This document shows positions 9,601 through 17,826 of a DNA stretch of 64,000 nt, piece after piece (position 1 is the stretch's first letter; the number at the start of each line of letters is the position of its first letter). Under the pieces are notes generated by a model that had not been told where the DNA came from, made no database searches, and saw nothing but the letters and a program-made list of their open reading frames with translations. This stretch comes from a virus: IMG/VR virus record IMGVR_UViG_3300025141_000026. One strand, 5' to 3'. The translations under genes and the position numbers were made by a program.

Positions 9601-10023
9601 CTTAAAAATATTGCTCAGTCCAGTTTGGTTCTGAGCCAATAAGATGAGGTGATTTCTTTTGTTTATTTTACTTTTCTTACTTTTGGAAGCACCCTCATTC
9701 TCGATCACTAGACCTGATTTTGACTTCTTTTTAGAATCCTTCTCTTTTACCAATTCCTTTTTCCAGCCTTTAACTGATGGAATAAAGTAGGCTTCCACTC
9801 CAAAGATTGGCTTGAAGTCTTTCCCCTCTTCCATCATCTTCTTGGCATGGTTAACTTGATAGCTGAGTCCATTCATGTTGCCGTGGTCTGTCAAAGCCAA
9901 AGAGTCCATGCCGTTATCGAACGCACTGTCCATGTGCTCGCCGGGAAAACCTAATCCATCAAAAAAAGACCCTGCCACTGAGTGGGCGTGTAATCCTACA
10001 AATGGAATGTCACTCTTTTTCAA
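6622..10023 (-). CDS. dnaE: DNA polymerase III alpha subunit (family C)
   Basis: PHP domain (LHAHS, ALTDHGNM, ADSHY), GSGRGSAAGSLVAYALGIT, PDIDYD, SRHAGG, KFDILGL, YGFNKSHAVSY. Confidence 0.95.
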   Translation of the reverse strand: MKKSDIPFVGLHAHSVAGSFFDGLGFPGEHMDSAFDNGMDSLALTDHGNMNGLSYQVNHAKKMMEEGKDFKPIFGVEAYFIPSVKGWKKELVKEKDSKKKSKSGLVIENEGASKSKKSKINKRNHLILLAQNQTGLSNIFKMVSDSYVNDNFYRYPRMDYDLLSKHSEGVIAASACLGGVYAGNYWDNRDMGKDAVIQSMRNTTERMIDIFGDRWYGELQWNNVPEQHELNQYIIQLHHEYGIELISTADSHYPNKDAWRDRELYKRLGWLGKSSPDYLSAELPVSVEEIGYELYPKNGDEMWQSYKYYSEKVGASYNDKMIEESILRTHDIAHNRIERFMPDNKVRLPGFVVPDKQSASEALRKFSEGGLVKLGLMSKKYSSRLALEMDVISKRGFSEYFLTMKSIADKATDCQLVGSGRGSAAGSLVAYALGITQIDPIKYKLQFERFMTKDQTDYPDIDYDVSDPMELKEMLIDDWGRNTVVPISNFNTLQLRSLVKDISKFYGVPFTEVNPVTSKMLKEATPLAKKAHGIKAGVYTPTFEELKEYSESLKTFLTKYPHIASHIDVIFGQPRSISRHAGGVVIGEDLDKYMPLINSGGVVQTPWSEGQNVRHLEPMGFIKFDILGLASLRMMEGAIRHILKRHHGIEKPTFDDVKHYYDTKLHPEKIDLDDQKVYKGVFHKGKWAGIFQFTEGGAQDFCKKAKPKSIIDIAAITSIYRPGPLSAKVDKMYVKAMRKPEAVEYASDIVKEVTEETYGFLIFQEQIALLAHKLGDGLSLDEGNALRKLLTKKGTGKVQEKKDKIYKKFVSGCTKKGLTKGKAQELWQTFEYFSGYGFNKSHAVSYSVLSYQCAWLLNYYPAEWMAAFLDKEPESRKEKAIAIAKQFGFKVEPLDVNKSGEVWEISEDGKVLIQPLTSIKGLGGAAMEQILEHRPFSKVEDFLFNEEMVYSKLNKKALDVLCRAGALKPLMDNRFSGEKHFWSSVAVMRPRKEKNLLENIEKYKDEGDFSNYEKIEHLSSLTGAFPLSLVMDDDVMARLAELHIPPISEYDVDLGAAWFIPRKINIKRTKNGKEYYIVEVIDSNNALTSIKCWGVNSKKDKIAVNRPYMGRLEYDEQWGFSTRSISRNFRLLG

Positions 10024-10885
10024 TATCTTCTCCTATCTTATTCCATTGCCTACTAGAAAGAATCAGCTTGTTTGGCTTTTCTAATTCCATATCCGAGGCT
10101 AAATAATCCCTTAGTCCCTGCCAAGAGCCTATGTTGTTGTACTGTGGTAGTTCAACTACTTTTGCTTCAGCTATTCTAGCAGATCTAAAAACTGTGTCAA
10201 GCTTAAAATGAACAGCGCTCCATCTTTCTTCTAGAGGCAACACAGCTTCGTCCCCAAACGTTGTGCCCTTGGGTCTATAGCCAGTGCCCTCGTCCATAAT
10301 AACTTTCTTGTATTTTTTATATTCTTCTTCGTCGAAAGTAAATCCAAGGTATTCTCCGTTGGCGACAGTCTTACCATCACTGGATAAAAAGAAAGAGTTA
10401 TCACTTGAGATGTCTAGGCGATGTTCTCTGAGTATTTCAGGATCATAGACCCCATATGGAAACGCCACGTAATATCTGCTCGGCACAACCCACTTGCTTA
10501 TTTTATTGCTAACGTGATATGAGGTCAAAGCGCCATACAGGGCACTGAAAGCTAGACAATCTCTCTTGCCAAGGTCTTTCGGATGAATAGGGACATAGTA
10601 TATTGGTATTTTTCTTCTTGATTCGGAGGGGTACTTGTTCAACCTGCCGATTGAAACAGGATCAATAACGTATTCGCCAAGTCTGGTGCGAATAAGGGGC
10701 TGCATGTCATCATTACATACAAGCCATATTGTTTCGCAACCTGCCCAAGCACATTCTAAAACGGCTCTCTCTACAGCTAGATAGTCTGGTCCAATTGGTT
10801 GCATGGAATCATGCCACGGGAAATTGAAATCTAACTTTTCCCCTGAAAGGGGGACAATGCCTGCTAAATGAAAAGGAGATCTTAT
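10010..10885 (-). CDS. Sugar-phosphate nucleotidyltransferase-like protein (degenerate); start uncertain (ATA 10885 or ATG 11089)
   Basis: LAGIVPLSG...MQPIG...AVERAVLECAWAGCETIWLV resembles the NTP-transferase N-terminus; C-terminal YNNIGSWQG. Confidence 0.55.
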   Translation of the reverse strand: MRSPFHLAGIVPLSGEKLDFNFPWHDSMQPIGPDYLAVERAVLECAWAGCETIWLVCNDDMQPLIRTRLGEYVIDPVSIGRLNKYPSESRRKIPIYYVPIHPKDLGKRDCLAFSALYGALTSYHVSNKISKWVVPSRYYVAFPYGVYDPEILREHRLDISSDNSFFLSSDGKTVANGEYLGFTFDEEEYKKYKKVIMDEGTGYRPKGTTFGDEAVLPLEERWSAVHFKLDTVFRSARIAEAKVVELPQYNNIGSWQGLRDYLASDMELEKPNKLILSSRQWNKIGEDIEKE

Positions 10886-11289
10886 CCCCCACCTCCCATC
10901 ATTGACGCACCACCTTCGGCTCCGCCTCCCATTTGCTCCATCATTTTTTCCATCATCTTCATCATGATCATCATCATAATCATTTTCATCATCTTTTCCA
11001 TATCCATCTGACCGGATTCGCCCATTTGACCCATCTCGGACCCGCCTCCAATCTGGAGACCTTGCTCCGAACTCATGTTCTGAAAACAACTCACCTCATT
11101 TGTGATGTTGATGTTTGTTGAGTTGGAATCCCCACCTCCCGGTGTCCCTCCCATCTCAACGCCTTGATCATTGTTGTTGTTCGCTGGCGCTGCACCATCT
11201 GATGGTGTAACTTTCTGACTGGATGCTGGCGCTGCTGCTGCTGCTGCACCACCACCTCCTCCTGAACCGACTGCTCCTGCACTAGACAT
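10882..11289 (-). CDS. Gly/Met-rich low-complexity protein
   Basis: Fills the gap between two genes; purine-rich RBS; poly-G/A/N runs and a Met-rich amphipathic C-terminal segment. Confidence 0.55.
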   Translation of the reverse strand: MSSAGAVGSGGGGGAAAAAAPASSQKVTPSDGAAPANNNNDQGVEMGGTPGGGDSNSTNINITNEVSCFQNMSSEQGLQIGGGSEMGQMGESGQMDMEKMMKMIMMMIMMKMMEKMMEQMGGGAEGGASMMGGGG

Positions 11290-11315
11290 TCTTTTGCCCC
11301 CCTTTGAAGATGACA

Positions 11316-12122
11316 TCATCGCTCGCCACCTCTAGTGTAATTATGGAGCTTTGAAATATATTCATTCCTTTCGGTGTAAGTATCCCTTTTACAAAAGGAA
11401 ATGAATCCTGTGTCCTCGTATGAATCCATGTGCAGCTTCTTTATTTCGCGTCGATTCATCTCTAATTTTACATCATAGTATTTGTACTTTTCTGGATTGT
11501 TAGAGTCTCTTCCATTTCTCGGTCCTCTGATGCCTTGCGATTTCATTATCTCTTTTGCCTTGTACAAAGTCATTAGGTCTGAGTAGGAGTGGTCTTTTAT
11601 TTGTTCCTCTGTCAGATATGAGATGGCAACTAAATCTTTGTGTTCATGATCTCCGTCAATTCGAGGCGATTTATAAAAATGAATCTCACTAACAAATTCA
11701 TCTCCCGTTTCAATGAGTTCAAACTCGTGCAACATCCCCGCTCTCACATTAACCCAGTCCAGAATCTTCTTCTTGGGGTTTTTGTGCTTAGTGGTCGGAA
11801 CGGGGAGACCTTCAACATTCTCGTCATCAAAAACAAAGACTTTATCGCAAGCAAACTCAATCATCCTGCTTGATAGTGTAAAAACTTTTATTTTTTTCTC
11901 TTCTTCAATTATTCTGATTGTTGAAGTTTTGTCGGACATTGGGATCTTGCCGGTCATGGATAACAGAAATGTTATTCTGTTCCACGCCTCAAGGTCTTGT
12001 GCTTCATAAATTTCAGGTGGGTTAACTTTATTTAGAATAAGTGTGCAGTTATTTCTAGAGGCAAAAAGAACTGACTCCAAGGAAGAACCTATCACAATTT
12101 TTGGTGTGTTTATTTTCTTCAT
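11316..12122 (-). CDS. Hypothetical protein with a degenerate Rossmann-like N-terminus
   Basis: KIVIGSSLESVLFA resembles a decayed GxGxxG dinucleotide-binding start. Confidence 0.55.
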   Translation of the reverse strand: MKKINTPKIVIGSSLESVLFASRNNCTLILNKVNPPEIYEAQDLEAWNRITFLLSMTGKIPMSDKTSTIRIIEEEKKIKVFTLSSRMIEFACDKVFVFDDENVEGLPVPTTKHKNPKKKILDWVNVRAGMLHEFELIETGDEFVSEIHFYKSPRIDGDHEHKDLVAISYLTEEQIKDHSYSDLMTLYKAKEIMKSQGIRGPRNGRDSNNPEKYKYYDVKLEMNRREIKKLHMDSYEDTGFISFCKRDTYTERNEYISKLHNYTRGGER

Positions 12123-12603
12123 TTTCTCTCTTCCTTATCTCACGCTTCAAGATTCTTTGGTATTTCAAAACCTTTTTTGCATACCTAATGCCAGTAGCGT
12201 TGCGATTTTCTCCCTTGCATCTAAAACCTGCGTTGTACCCACACAAAGCCGTTGTCTTGTTACCTCTCGCATAAGAGTGGACCCAGTAGCTCAATATCTT
12301 CGCGCCCACTGTAATGCTTGTGTTCGGGTCTTTCAACTCCTCACATGTAAGGTTGCGATCTTTGCCTCCATACTTCTTTGTATACTTGGGCAAGGCTTGT
12401 GTCAACCCACATGCATTTGCAGGACTGACCACATGCGGTTTCCAGTTGCTTTCTACAGCTATCAAAGATACAAGGAGAGTGGGGTCGATGTCGTTTTTAT
12501 CAGATTGTTCAACAACGACGTTCACATGCTTGCAAACTGTGTCCGAGTTTGGGAAAATTGAAAGTGCAGTGGCAGCAACACATATAAGGTGTGAAATATC
12601 CAT
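12055..12603 (-). CDS. Lytic transglycosylase (SLT domain)
   Basis: LIAVES (catalytic Glu), ACGLTQ, ALCGYNAG; hydrophobic N-terminus. Confidence 0.85.
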   Translation of the reverse strand: MDISHLICVAATALSIFPNSDTVCKHVNVVVEQSDKNDIDPTLLVSLIAVESNWKPHVVSPANACGLTQALPKYTKKYGGKDRNLTCEELKDPNTSITVGAKILSYWVHSYARGNKTTALCGYNAGFRCKGENRNATGIRYAKKVLKYQRILKREIRKRENEENKHTKNCDRFFLGVSSFCL

Positions 12604-12888
12604 TTACTCCTCGGAGAAGACGCCCAAGACATAGTTTTCCTGAACTAAAAAATACTTTTGCCCACCATGCTCTACCTCTTTAACCATGCTTTGCTCTGCT
12701 ATAACAGTGTCGCCGGGATCAACATCCAAAGAGCAGTCATTGGCATCGACAAGAAGTTTGTACGCGCCGTAGGTGTCTGTTTTTGGCTTATAATCGTCAG
12801 GAAGCAAGACAGCAGGGGGCGTATGCCCCTCTGCTTCAAGTTCCGTCTTTTCTACTAACAAGTGCCTATTGCAAGGATAAAAATTCAT
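12604..12888 (-). CDS. groES: GroES-like co-chaperonin (functional analogue of T4 gp31)
   Basis: PCNRHLLVE, VLLPD, VDPGDTVI, EVEHGGQKYFLVQENYVLG; 94 aa. Confidence 0.75.
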   Translation of the reverse strand: MNFYPCNRHLLVEKTELEAEGHTPPAVLLPDDYKPKTDTYGAYKLLVDANDCSLDVDPGDTVIAEQSMVKEVEHGGQKYFLVQENYVLGVFSEE

Positions 12889-12897
12889 TTGCCCCCC

Positions 12898-13188
12898 TTA
12901 TTTTGTAACAGTTTTTGAAACGCGGTCGTAGAAGTCCATTAGCTGGTCCATGTCGGTGTCGCCCTTTAGCAAACGATATGCTTTCACAGCCATACTAATC
13001 TCTTCTTTTGAAAGCCATTCATTCTCAATGTAGTTGGCTTTCAAGTCCCTCTTATGTTCCTTCAAAGGTTCCATCTCATCTTCAACGGCTGCAAGGGCTT
13101 TGATATAGTTTGAGATGTGCTCCTCTTTCTGGACTACTTCCTTCTGTTCTACAACAATTTCAATTGCTGGTACTGGCTTTCCAAACAT
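12898..13188 (-). CDS. dsDNA-binding protein (GapR / T4 DsbA-like)
   Basis: YIKALAAVEDEMEPLKEHKRDLKANY pattern; start at ATG 13188 after AAAGGAG. Confidence 0.6.
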   Translation of the reverse strand: MFGKPVPAIEIVVEQKEVVQKEEHISNYIKALAAVEDEMEPLKEHKRDLKANYIENEWLSKEEISMAVKAYRLLKGDTDMDQLMDFYDRVSKTVTK

Positions 13189-13232
13189 GTTTTCTCCTTT
13201 ATTTACACAAATGTTTTTTACAATTCTCACAC

Positions 13233-13261
13233 ATAATATACCTTATGTGAGAGGAAGTCAA
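13233..13261 (-). promoter_or_regulatory. Sigma70-type promoter with upstream A-tract
   Basis: TTGACT-N17-TATTAT preceded by an A run. Confidence 0.7.
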
Positions 13262-13269
13262 GCTTTTTT

Positions 13270-15138
13270 TTACTTTATTTCGCATGCGCCTCCGGCGCAA
13301 GCCAATTCCCCGGTTAGGTTAGTATTGTCTTCTACCTCTATCACTTTTGTCAAGTCCACTTCTTCCAAGCTTTCTAGCATGGCTTCGTAAGTTTCCTTAG
13401 AGCAATCTTCAAAAGGTGCCTGTCGGTAGCTGCCGCCGTCATACGGCAAAACTGATAGCCCATTATAGATGTCTCTGTTTTCCCACATCCATTCACCAAC
13501 ATCAGCCCACTCTGCCTCTTTTATTGAGATCGTTGCAGATACATTGTGAGTGTTTTGACCATTCCGAGTTCCGGGCTTGACCCACTCTGTGCTAATCTTG
13601 GCGACTCGTTTTAGCAATTGAAGAGCGCTCTCGGTTCTCATTATTGCATCTTCGGGTGCCTTCTGGGGGATAGAGATAACAGCCGTATCGTGCGGTCTAA
13701 AATACTCATCTTCTACCATATCTGGATGGAAGACGGACAAGTAGTTATAGATCGCTTCGTTTTTTCCAACACGGAGGCGGCGGACATAATGTTCGTTATG
13801 CCAAGCGTGGATGCCGCTAGAGGTCCCAAGAGTCAAAGACGTTGTTCCCGCTGGTTTAACCGTTGTGCATCTTGCCGCCTTGTTGACACCTATCATTTTA
13901 GCCACTCTTGCGTTTTCCTTTTTCACTACTCCAGAGGCTTCAGTTGTATCCAAATTTAATACTTTGCCAGAGGCAATACCAGTCATAGAAACGCCAATAA
14001 GAGCCTCTTTTTCTGTGGTTCTTCTCCAAACATCTCGCAGATAGTGAAAATCAGAGTAACCAGCTTGCAAAGTTCCAATGAAGGCTGCTGTTTTAACTCT
14101 GCTGTTTAGCTCATCCTGATTGTCAACATCGCTAACATTCACCTCTGTTAGATTACAGAACTGGTATGGTCTAAGAGCGATTTCGCAGCAAGGATTGGTC
14201 CCCCAGTCTTTATCATTAGAAAAATAAAATCCGGGCTCTCCGCTACCTGATTCTTTTACTCTTTCCCAGAGATCTTGAAAAAAGTCTTTTGTAATCCTGT
14301 GTCGGAGAAGCACAACGGAGTTGTTTGCCCTGCCTCGTTGCGGTGCTGTCTCCCACCAGTTGCCTGTCTTAGCAGCAATCATTTCATTGTCGTCAGCAGA
14401 GAACAAAGAGATGAGGGCAGCACGACGGATACCACCAGCCAATACTGCGTCTGCGATGTGGCAGATCATATCGTGGGCTTCGATAGTTGTGAGTTTATCT
14501 CCATTCTCTTTGGCTTCAAACATGCCTTGGAGTTTTACTAGGCATTCTTTTAGCGGCTGTGGACCCGGTGCTTTGCCGCCAGAGGTAACAAGCCGAGCGC
14601 CCTTTGGGCGAATGTCTGAATAATCAAAACGTAATTTAGAGCCCCCCTTGAAGTAAGACTGTACTAAAGCCTTCACCGCGTCAGCCCACCCTTCTATAGA
14701 ATCGTTAATTAGAAAGCGCCGCGTTCGTTTGGATGCTGGCTTCTGGATTTCTGGTAGCTTTTCTACGTGGTGCTTTTGCACACTATAACCAACACCTGTG
14801 CCGCCTAACAATAGAAACATGACTTCGCTGAAGACGCGAAAGTCGTCGATGGGTGCAAATGCACAATTATAGATTCTGTTTGGAGCAACCTCAATTGGTT
14901 TGCCTCCAAATTGCATGGATCTCATTGATGGTAGAACTTTCTTTGCGTATACCATCTCATACGCATCATCTATCTCGCTTTGTAGCTCTGGATACTTTTT
15001 AGTATGCATCTCTTTATTTCTATCTACAATCTCTGCCCATGTTTCCCTTCTCTCTTTCTCTGGAAGGTATCTAGCATATTTCATGTGCACTGTTACATCC
15101 GAAAGAATGTCCCTAGCAATCTGATTTTTATCTGTCAT
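13270..15138 (-). CDS. nrdJ: Class II (B12-dependent) ribonucleotide reductase, monomeric RTPR type
   Basis: YNCAF, GGIRRAA, TNPCCEI, VKPAGT, C-terminal CAGGAC; no beta subunit gene in the window. Confidence 0.9.
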   Translation of the reverse strand: MTDKNQIARDILSDVTVHMKYARYLPEKERRETWAEIVDRNKEMHTKKYPELQSEIDDAYEMVYAKKVLPSMRSMQFGGKPIEVAPNRIYNCAFAPIDDFRVFSEVMFLLLGGTGVGYSVQKHHVEKLPEIQKPASKRTRRFLINDSIEGWADAVKALVQSYFKGGSKLRFDYSDIRPKGARLVTSGGKAPGPQPLKECLVKLQGMFEAKENGDKLTTIEAHDMICHIADAVLAGGIRRAALISLFSADDNEMIAAKTGNWWETAPQRGRANNSVVLLRHRITKDFFQDLWERVKESGSGEPGFYFSNDKDWGTNPCCEIALRPYQFCNLTEVNVSDVDNQDELNSRVKTAAFIGTLQAGYSDFHYLRDVWRRTTEKEALIGVSMTGIASGKVLNLDTTEASGVVKKENARVAKMIGVNKAARCTTVKPAGTTSLTLGTSSGIHAWHNEHYVRRLRVGKNEAIYNYLSVFHPDMVEDEYFRPHDTAVISIPQKAPEDAIMRTESALQLLKRVAKISTEWVKPGTRNGQNTHNVSATISIKEAEWADVGEWMWENRDIYNGLSVLPYDGGSYRQAPFEDCSKETYEAMLESLEEVDLTKVIEVEDNTNLTGELACAGGACEIK

Positions 15139-15141
15139 TTA

Positions 15142-16518
15142 TTAGGTCTCCTTTGTCTTTTTGTCTTGCTTCCATTCCTTGTAACTTTCTTTCAAAATCT
15201 TCTCTTGCTTCTTGGCAGAGTTTACAGCAATGTCGGCAATAGTTTCGCCAGTTGGAGGTAACACCTTGATTTTGACATTACCTGTGTTCATGTATATAGG
15301 GTAGATTAATCCATCCGGACCATTTCTATTTTTAGCCACAAACACTCTTCCCGAATTTGTGCTTTTATCTTCAATAGTTCTGGACAAAGAAAAAATAAAA
15401 TCAGCTACAAAACATTTGTTAAATGCCTCGGAAATAGACTCCATCGTAATAACTTCTGCATTCAATCCAGATCGGTTCGTCTGGCTAGCGGTATAGCAGG
15501 GACAATTGAACTCTTGAGCCAATCCTCGTAAGTGCTCGTAAATTCTTTCTAACTCAATTCTCTTTTCTTTATGCATGACATTGGGTCGTAGCAAGTCGCC
15601 GTAGTCTACGATAATCATGTCTACATCAATGTCTCTTTTTCTAAGTTTTTCCAAGTGAATTTTTAGATCATTAGGGCTAGCCGATTTTGTCGGATATTCT
15701 TTAATAATCAATTCTCCGGGGAGGTCTGTTACTTTTTCATAAATCTCTTCCTTGAGTGCATGAACATCAGACATCATAATACCAGTAATGCAACTGTCAT
15801 ATCTTTTACCAATGACAACAGAAGCCAATTCCAATGTGTAGTGTACCACCGTTTTGCCTTGCTTCACAGCCTCTGCGCCTAAATGCACAAGAGCCATTGA
15901 TTTACCTGCGCCGGTGGGTGCGATGACGACGCCGAGTTCTCCTTTCCCAAGACCTCCACTTGTTAGACCATCAATCTCAGCCCATCCGGTTGAAACTGGG
16001 TCTCTTGCTTTGAGTTGGAATCGTTCTTCAAAGTCTGCCTTGTAGTCGTAGCCAAAGTCATTGTCGTTACCAAGCTTCAATGCTTGATTCAGAACCTCGC
16101 TGATTTCGTCAAAAGAAGACTTCTTAAGAAGCTTCACAGATTCAATCATTGCCTCCTTCAGCTTCTGCTTCTTACAAAAGTCCAATGCAATAGATTTTAT
16201 ATAATCCTGTTCTCTGATATCGGGAGGGCTATTATAAATTCTGGAGAAATAATCTCTTACTTGTTTCTTTGTCGCGTCGTTTTCGTCCTCTAACTCAGTC
16301 CTGAGTATGGAGATCATGATTTTGTTTGTCGGGTGGACACCGTATTTGGTACGGTAATCAAAAATCTTTTGAACAAATACTTGTAGGTACCTAAACTCAA
16401 AGAAGTCAAAGTTTAGAATCTCCTGCATTTGATCAGAAAAGGAGCGATCTTCCACAATCAGTTGTGCAAGGTCTTCCTGAAACGTTTTACCGAATTTAGA
16501 AAAATCTACTTTTTCCAT
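15142..16518 (-). CDS. dnaB: Replicative helicase (DnaB / gp41-like)
   Basis: Walker A APTGAGKS, HYTLE, IIVDYGD, TASQTNR, AKNRNG. Confidence 0.92.
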   Translation of the reverse strand: MEKVDFSKFGKTFQEDLAQLIVEDRSFSDQMQEILNFDFFEFRYLQVFVQKIFDYRTKYGVHPTNKIMISILRTELEDENDATKKQVRDYFSRIYNSPPDIREQDYIKSIALDFCKKQKLKEAMIESVKLLKKSSFDEISEVLNQALKLGNDNDFGYDYKADFEERFQLKARDPVSTGWAEIDGLTSGGLGKGELGVVIAPTGAGKSMALVHLGAEAVKQGKTVVHYTLELASVVIGKRYDSCITGIMMSDVHALKEEIYEKVTDLPGELIIKEYPTKSASPNDLKIHLEKLRKRDIDVDMIIVDYGDLLRPNVMHKEKRIELERIYEHLRGLAQEFNCPCYTASQTNRSGLNAEVITMESISEAFNKCFVADFIFSLSRTIEDKSTNSGRVFVAKNRNGPDGLIYPIYMNTGNVKIKVLPPTGETIADIAVNSAKKQEKILKESYKEWKQDKKTKET

Positions 16519-17484
16519 TTAGCCTCTTACCATCCTTTTGGATGCGGTGAACAAATCAGACCAATCGTATGCGCCGAAGCCATCCTCGTTCATCATGCAT
16601 ACGATTCCCGTCTTGTTGAACTCGTATTCAAAGTCTTCCACTGCGGATCTAATAACTTGCTTTCCTTGGATATGAATACTCGGGGCATAAAGCTGCATTA
16701 GCTTGTAATTGTCTCTGATCAGATCTATATTTTCAATCACTGAATTGTAGACTTTGAGTTTTTCATCTTTCCTCTCTTTGCAATAGTCCAACAAGAAATC
16801 AATATCACAATCCTTCTCGTCTGCAAAGAAGGGGAATCTTTTGGCGACCGTTTTCATGCCAACCCCCGGAACTCCCGGTAGGTTATCACTTTTGTCACCA
16901 GATAGCGCTCGGGCTAGTGCAAAGTTTACAGGATGTATGCCATAATCCTCCAAAACCCTTTTGGAGTTCAAAAAGACCTTTTGTATTGGACGATAAAGTA
17001 CAGTTTCCTCGTCGCATAACTGAATAAAATCCTTATCGCTAGAGACAATGATTTTTTGCCAGCCCTTATACTTTTCCATCTGGACGCAATAGCCGATTAC
17101 ATCATCGGCTTCAACACTGGGTAGCATAACCTGAGCTATGGGAAGGTGGTTGAGGTATTCGGTGAGTCTGGTCTGTTGCCAGATCTTATTTTCTACTTCT
17201 TCGGACTCTGTGAGATTGCGAATCTGTCGGTTCAAGCGAATTGGCTTTCGACCAGCCTTGTAGTCCTTCTTGATCTGTCGTCGTCGTCGAGAGCCTCCCT
17301 CTCCATCCCATGCGATAACAACGGAGTCTGGTTTCATTTCCCTAATGAGTTTTTGGCTCATCTTTAAGAATCCCTTGATGCCGCCAATAGGTTGCCCATT
17401 GGTCGATAGGCTTGGATCAACAATATATGCTCGATACAACATGTTTAGCGCATCGATAAAAATAACTCTCTTACTCATATTCAC
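16519..17484 (-). CDS. 5'-3' exonuclease / flap endonuclease (PolI N-terminal, T4 RNase H-like)
   Basis: IDALN, YKAGR, EADDVI, SSDKDF, GDKSDNLPGVPGVG. Confidence 0.92.
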   Translation of the reverse strand: MNMSKRVIFIDALNMLYRAYIVDPSLSTNGQPIGGIKGFLKMSQKLIREMKPDSVVIAWDGEGGSRRRRQIKKDYKAGRKPIRLNRQIRNLTESEEVENKIWQQTRLTEYLNHLPIAQVMLPSVEADDVIGYCVQMEKYKGWQKIIVSSDKDFIQLCDEETVLYRPIQKVFLNSKRVLEDYGIHPVNFALARALSGDKSDNLPGVPGVGMKTVAKRFPFFADEKDCDIDFLLDYCKERKDEKLKVYNSVIENIDLIRDNYKLMQLYAPSIHIQGKQVIRSAVEDFEYEFNKTGIVCMMNEDGFGAYDWSDLFTASKRMVRG

Positions 17485-17490
17485 CTCAAT

Positions 17491-17523
17491 AAAAAACCTC
17501 AGACAGTATATCCCATCTGAGGT
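17491..17523 (-). terminator. Intrinsic terminator overlapping a promoter
   Basis: ACCTCAGA...TCTGAGGT stem followed by a T run on the - strand. Confidence 0.65.
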
Positions 17524-17534
17524 CTAAAAGTCAA
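17505..17534 (-). promoter_or_regulatory. Sigma70-type promoter
   Basis: TTGACT-N18-TATACT. Confidence 0.6.
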
Positions 17535-17547
17535 ACGTTATTATTCT

Positions 17548-17784
17548 TTATCGACAATATTTTTTGCCTCTTTTGTAATAAACTTTGCACCTGTTGTAAT
17601 AGTGGTTGTTGATCACCCTTGGTGGGGGTGAGCGATAAATAACCCGTCGTTCCCTATAGGTAGGCATGACCATGACCGCTGGCTCTGCATATGAATAGGT
17701 TACGACTGGTACTGGTCGTGGGATGTATAGTGCACACCCTGTCATGAACACAGCCAGCAGCGAGACAATAATTAGTTTTTTCAT
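17548..17784 (-). CDS. Small Pro/Tyr-rich lipoprotein
   Basis: MKK plus hydrophobic segment plus lipobox-like MTGC; AGGAG RBS. Confidence 0.7.
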   Translation of the reverse strand: MKKLIIVSLLAVFMTGCALYIPRPVPVVTYSYAEPAVMVMPTYRERRVIYRSPPPRVINNHYYNRCKVYYKRGKKYCR

Positions 17785-17826
17785 TCTTCTCTCCTCTTAT
17801 ATTAGTTAGACGGCTACGCCTGAAAA

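Noticed and set aside
10933-11121. His-rich + strand ORF resembling a metal-binding peptide
   Set aside because: It is the reverse complement of the (ATG)n Met tract, and there is no independent sign of + strand expression.
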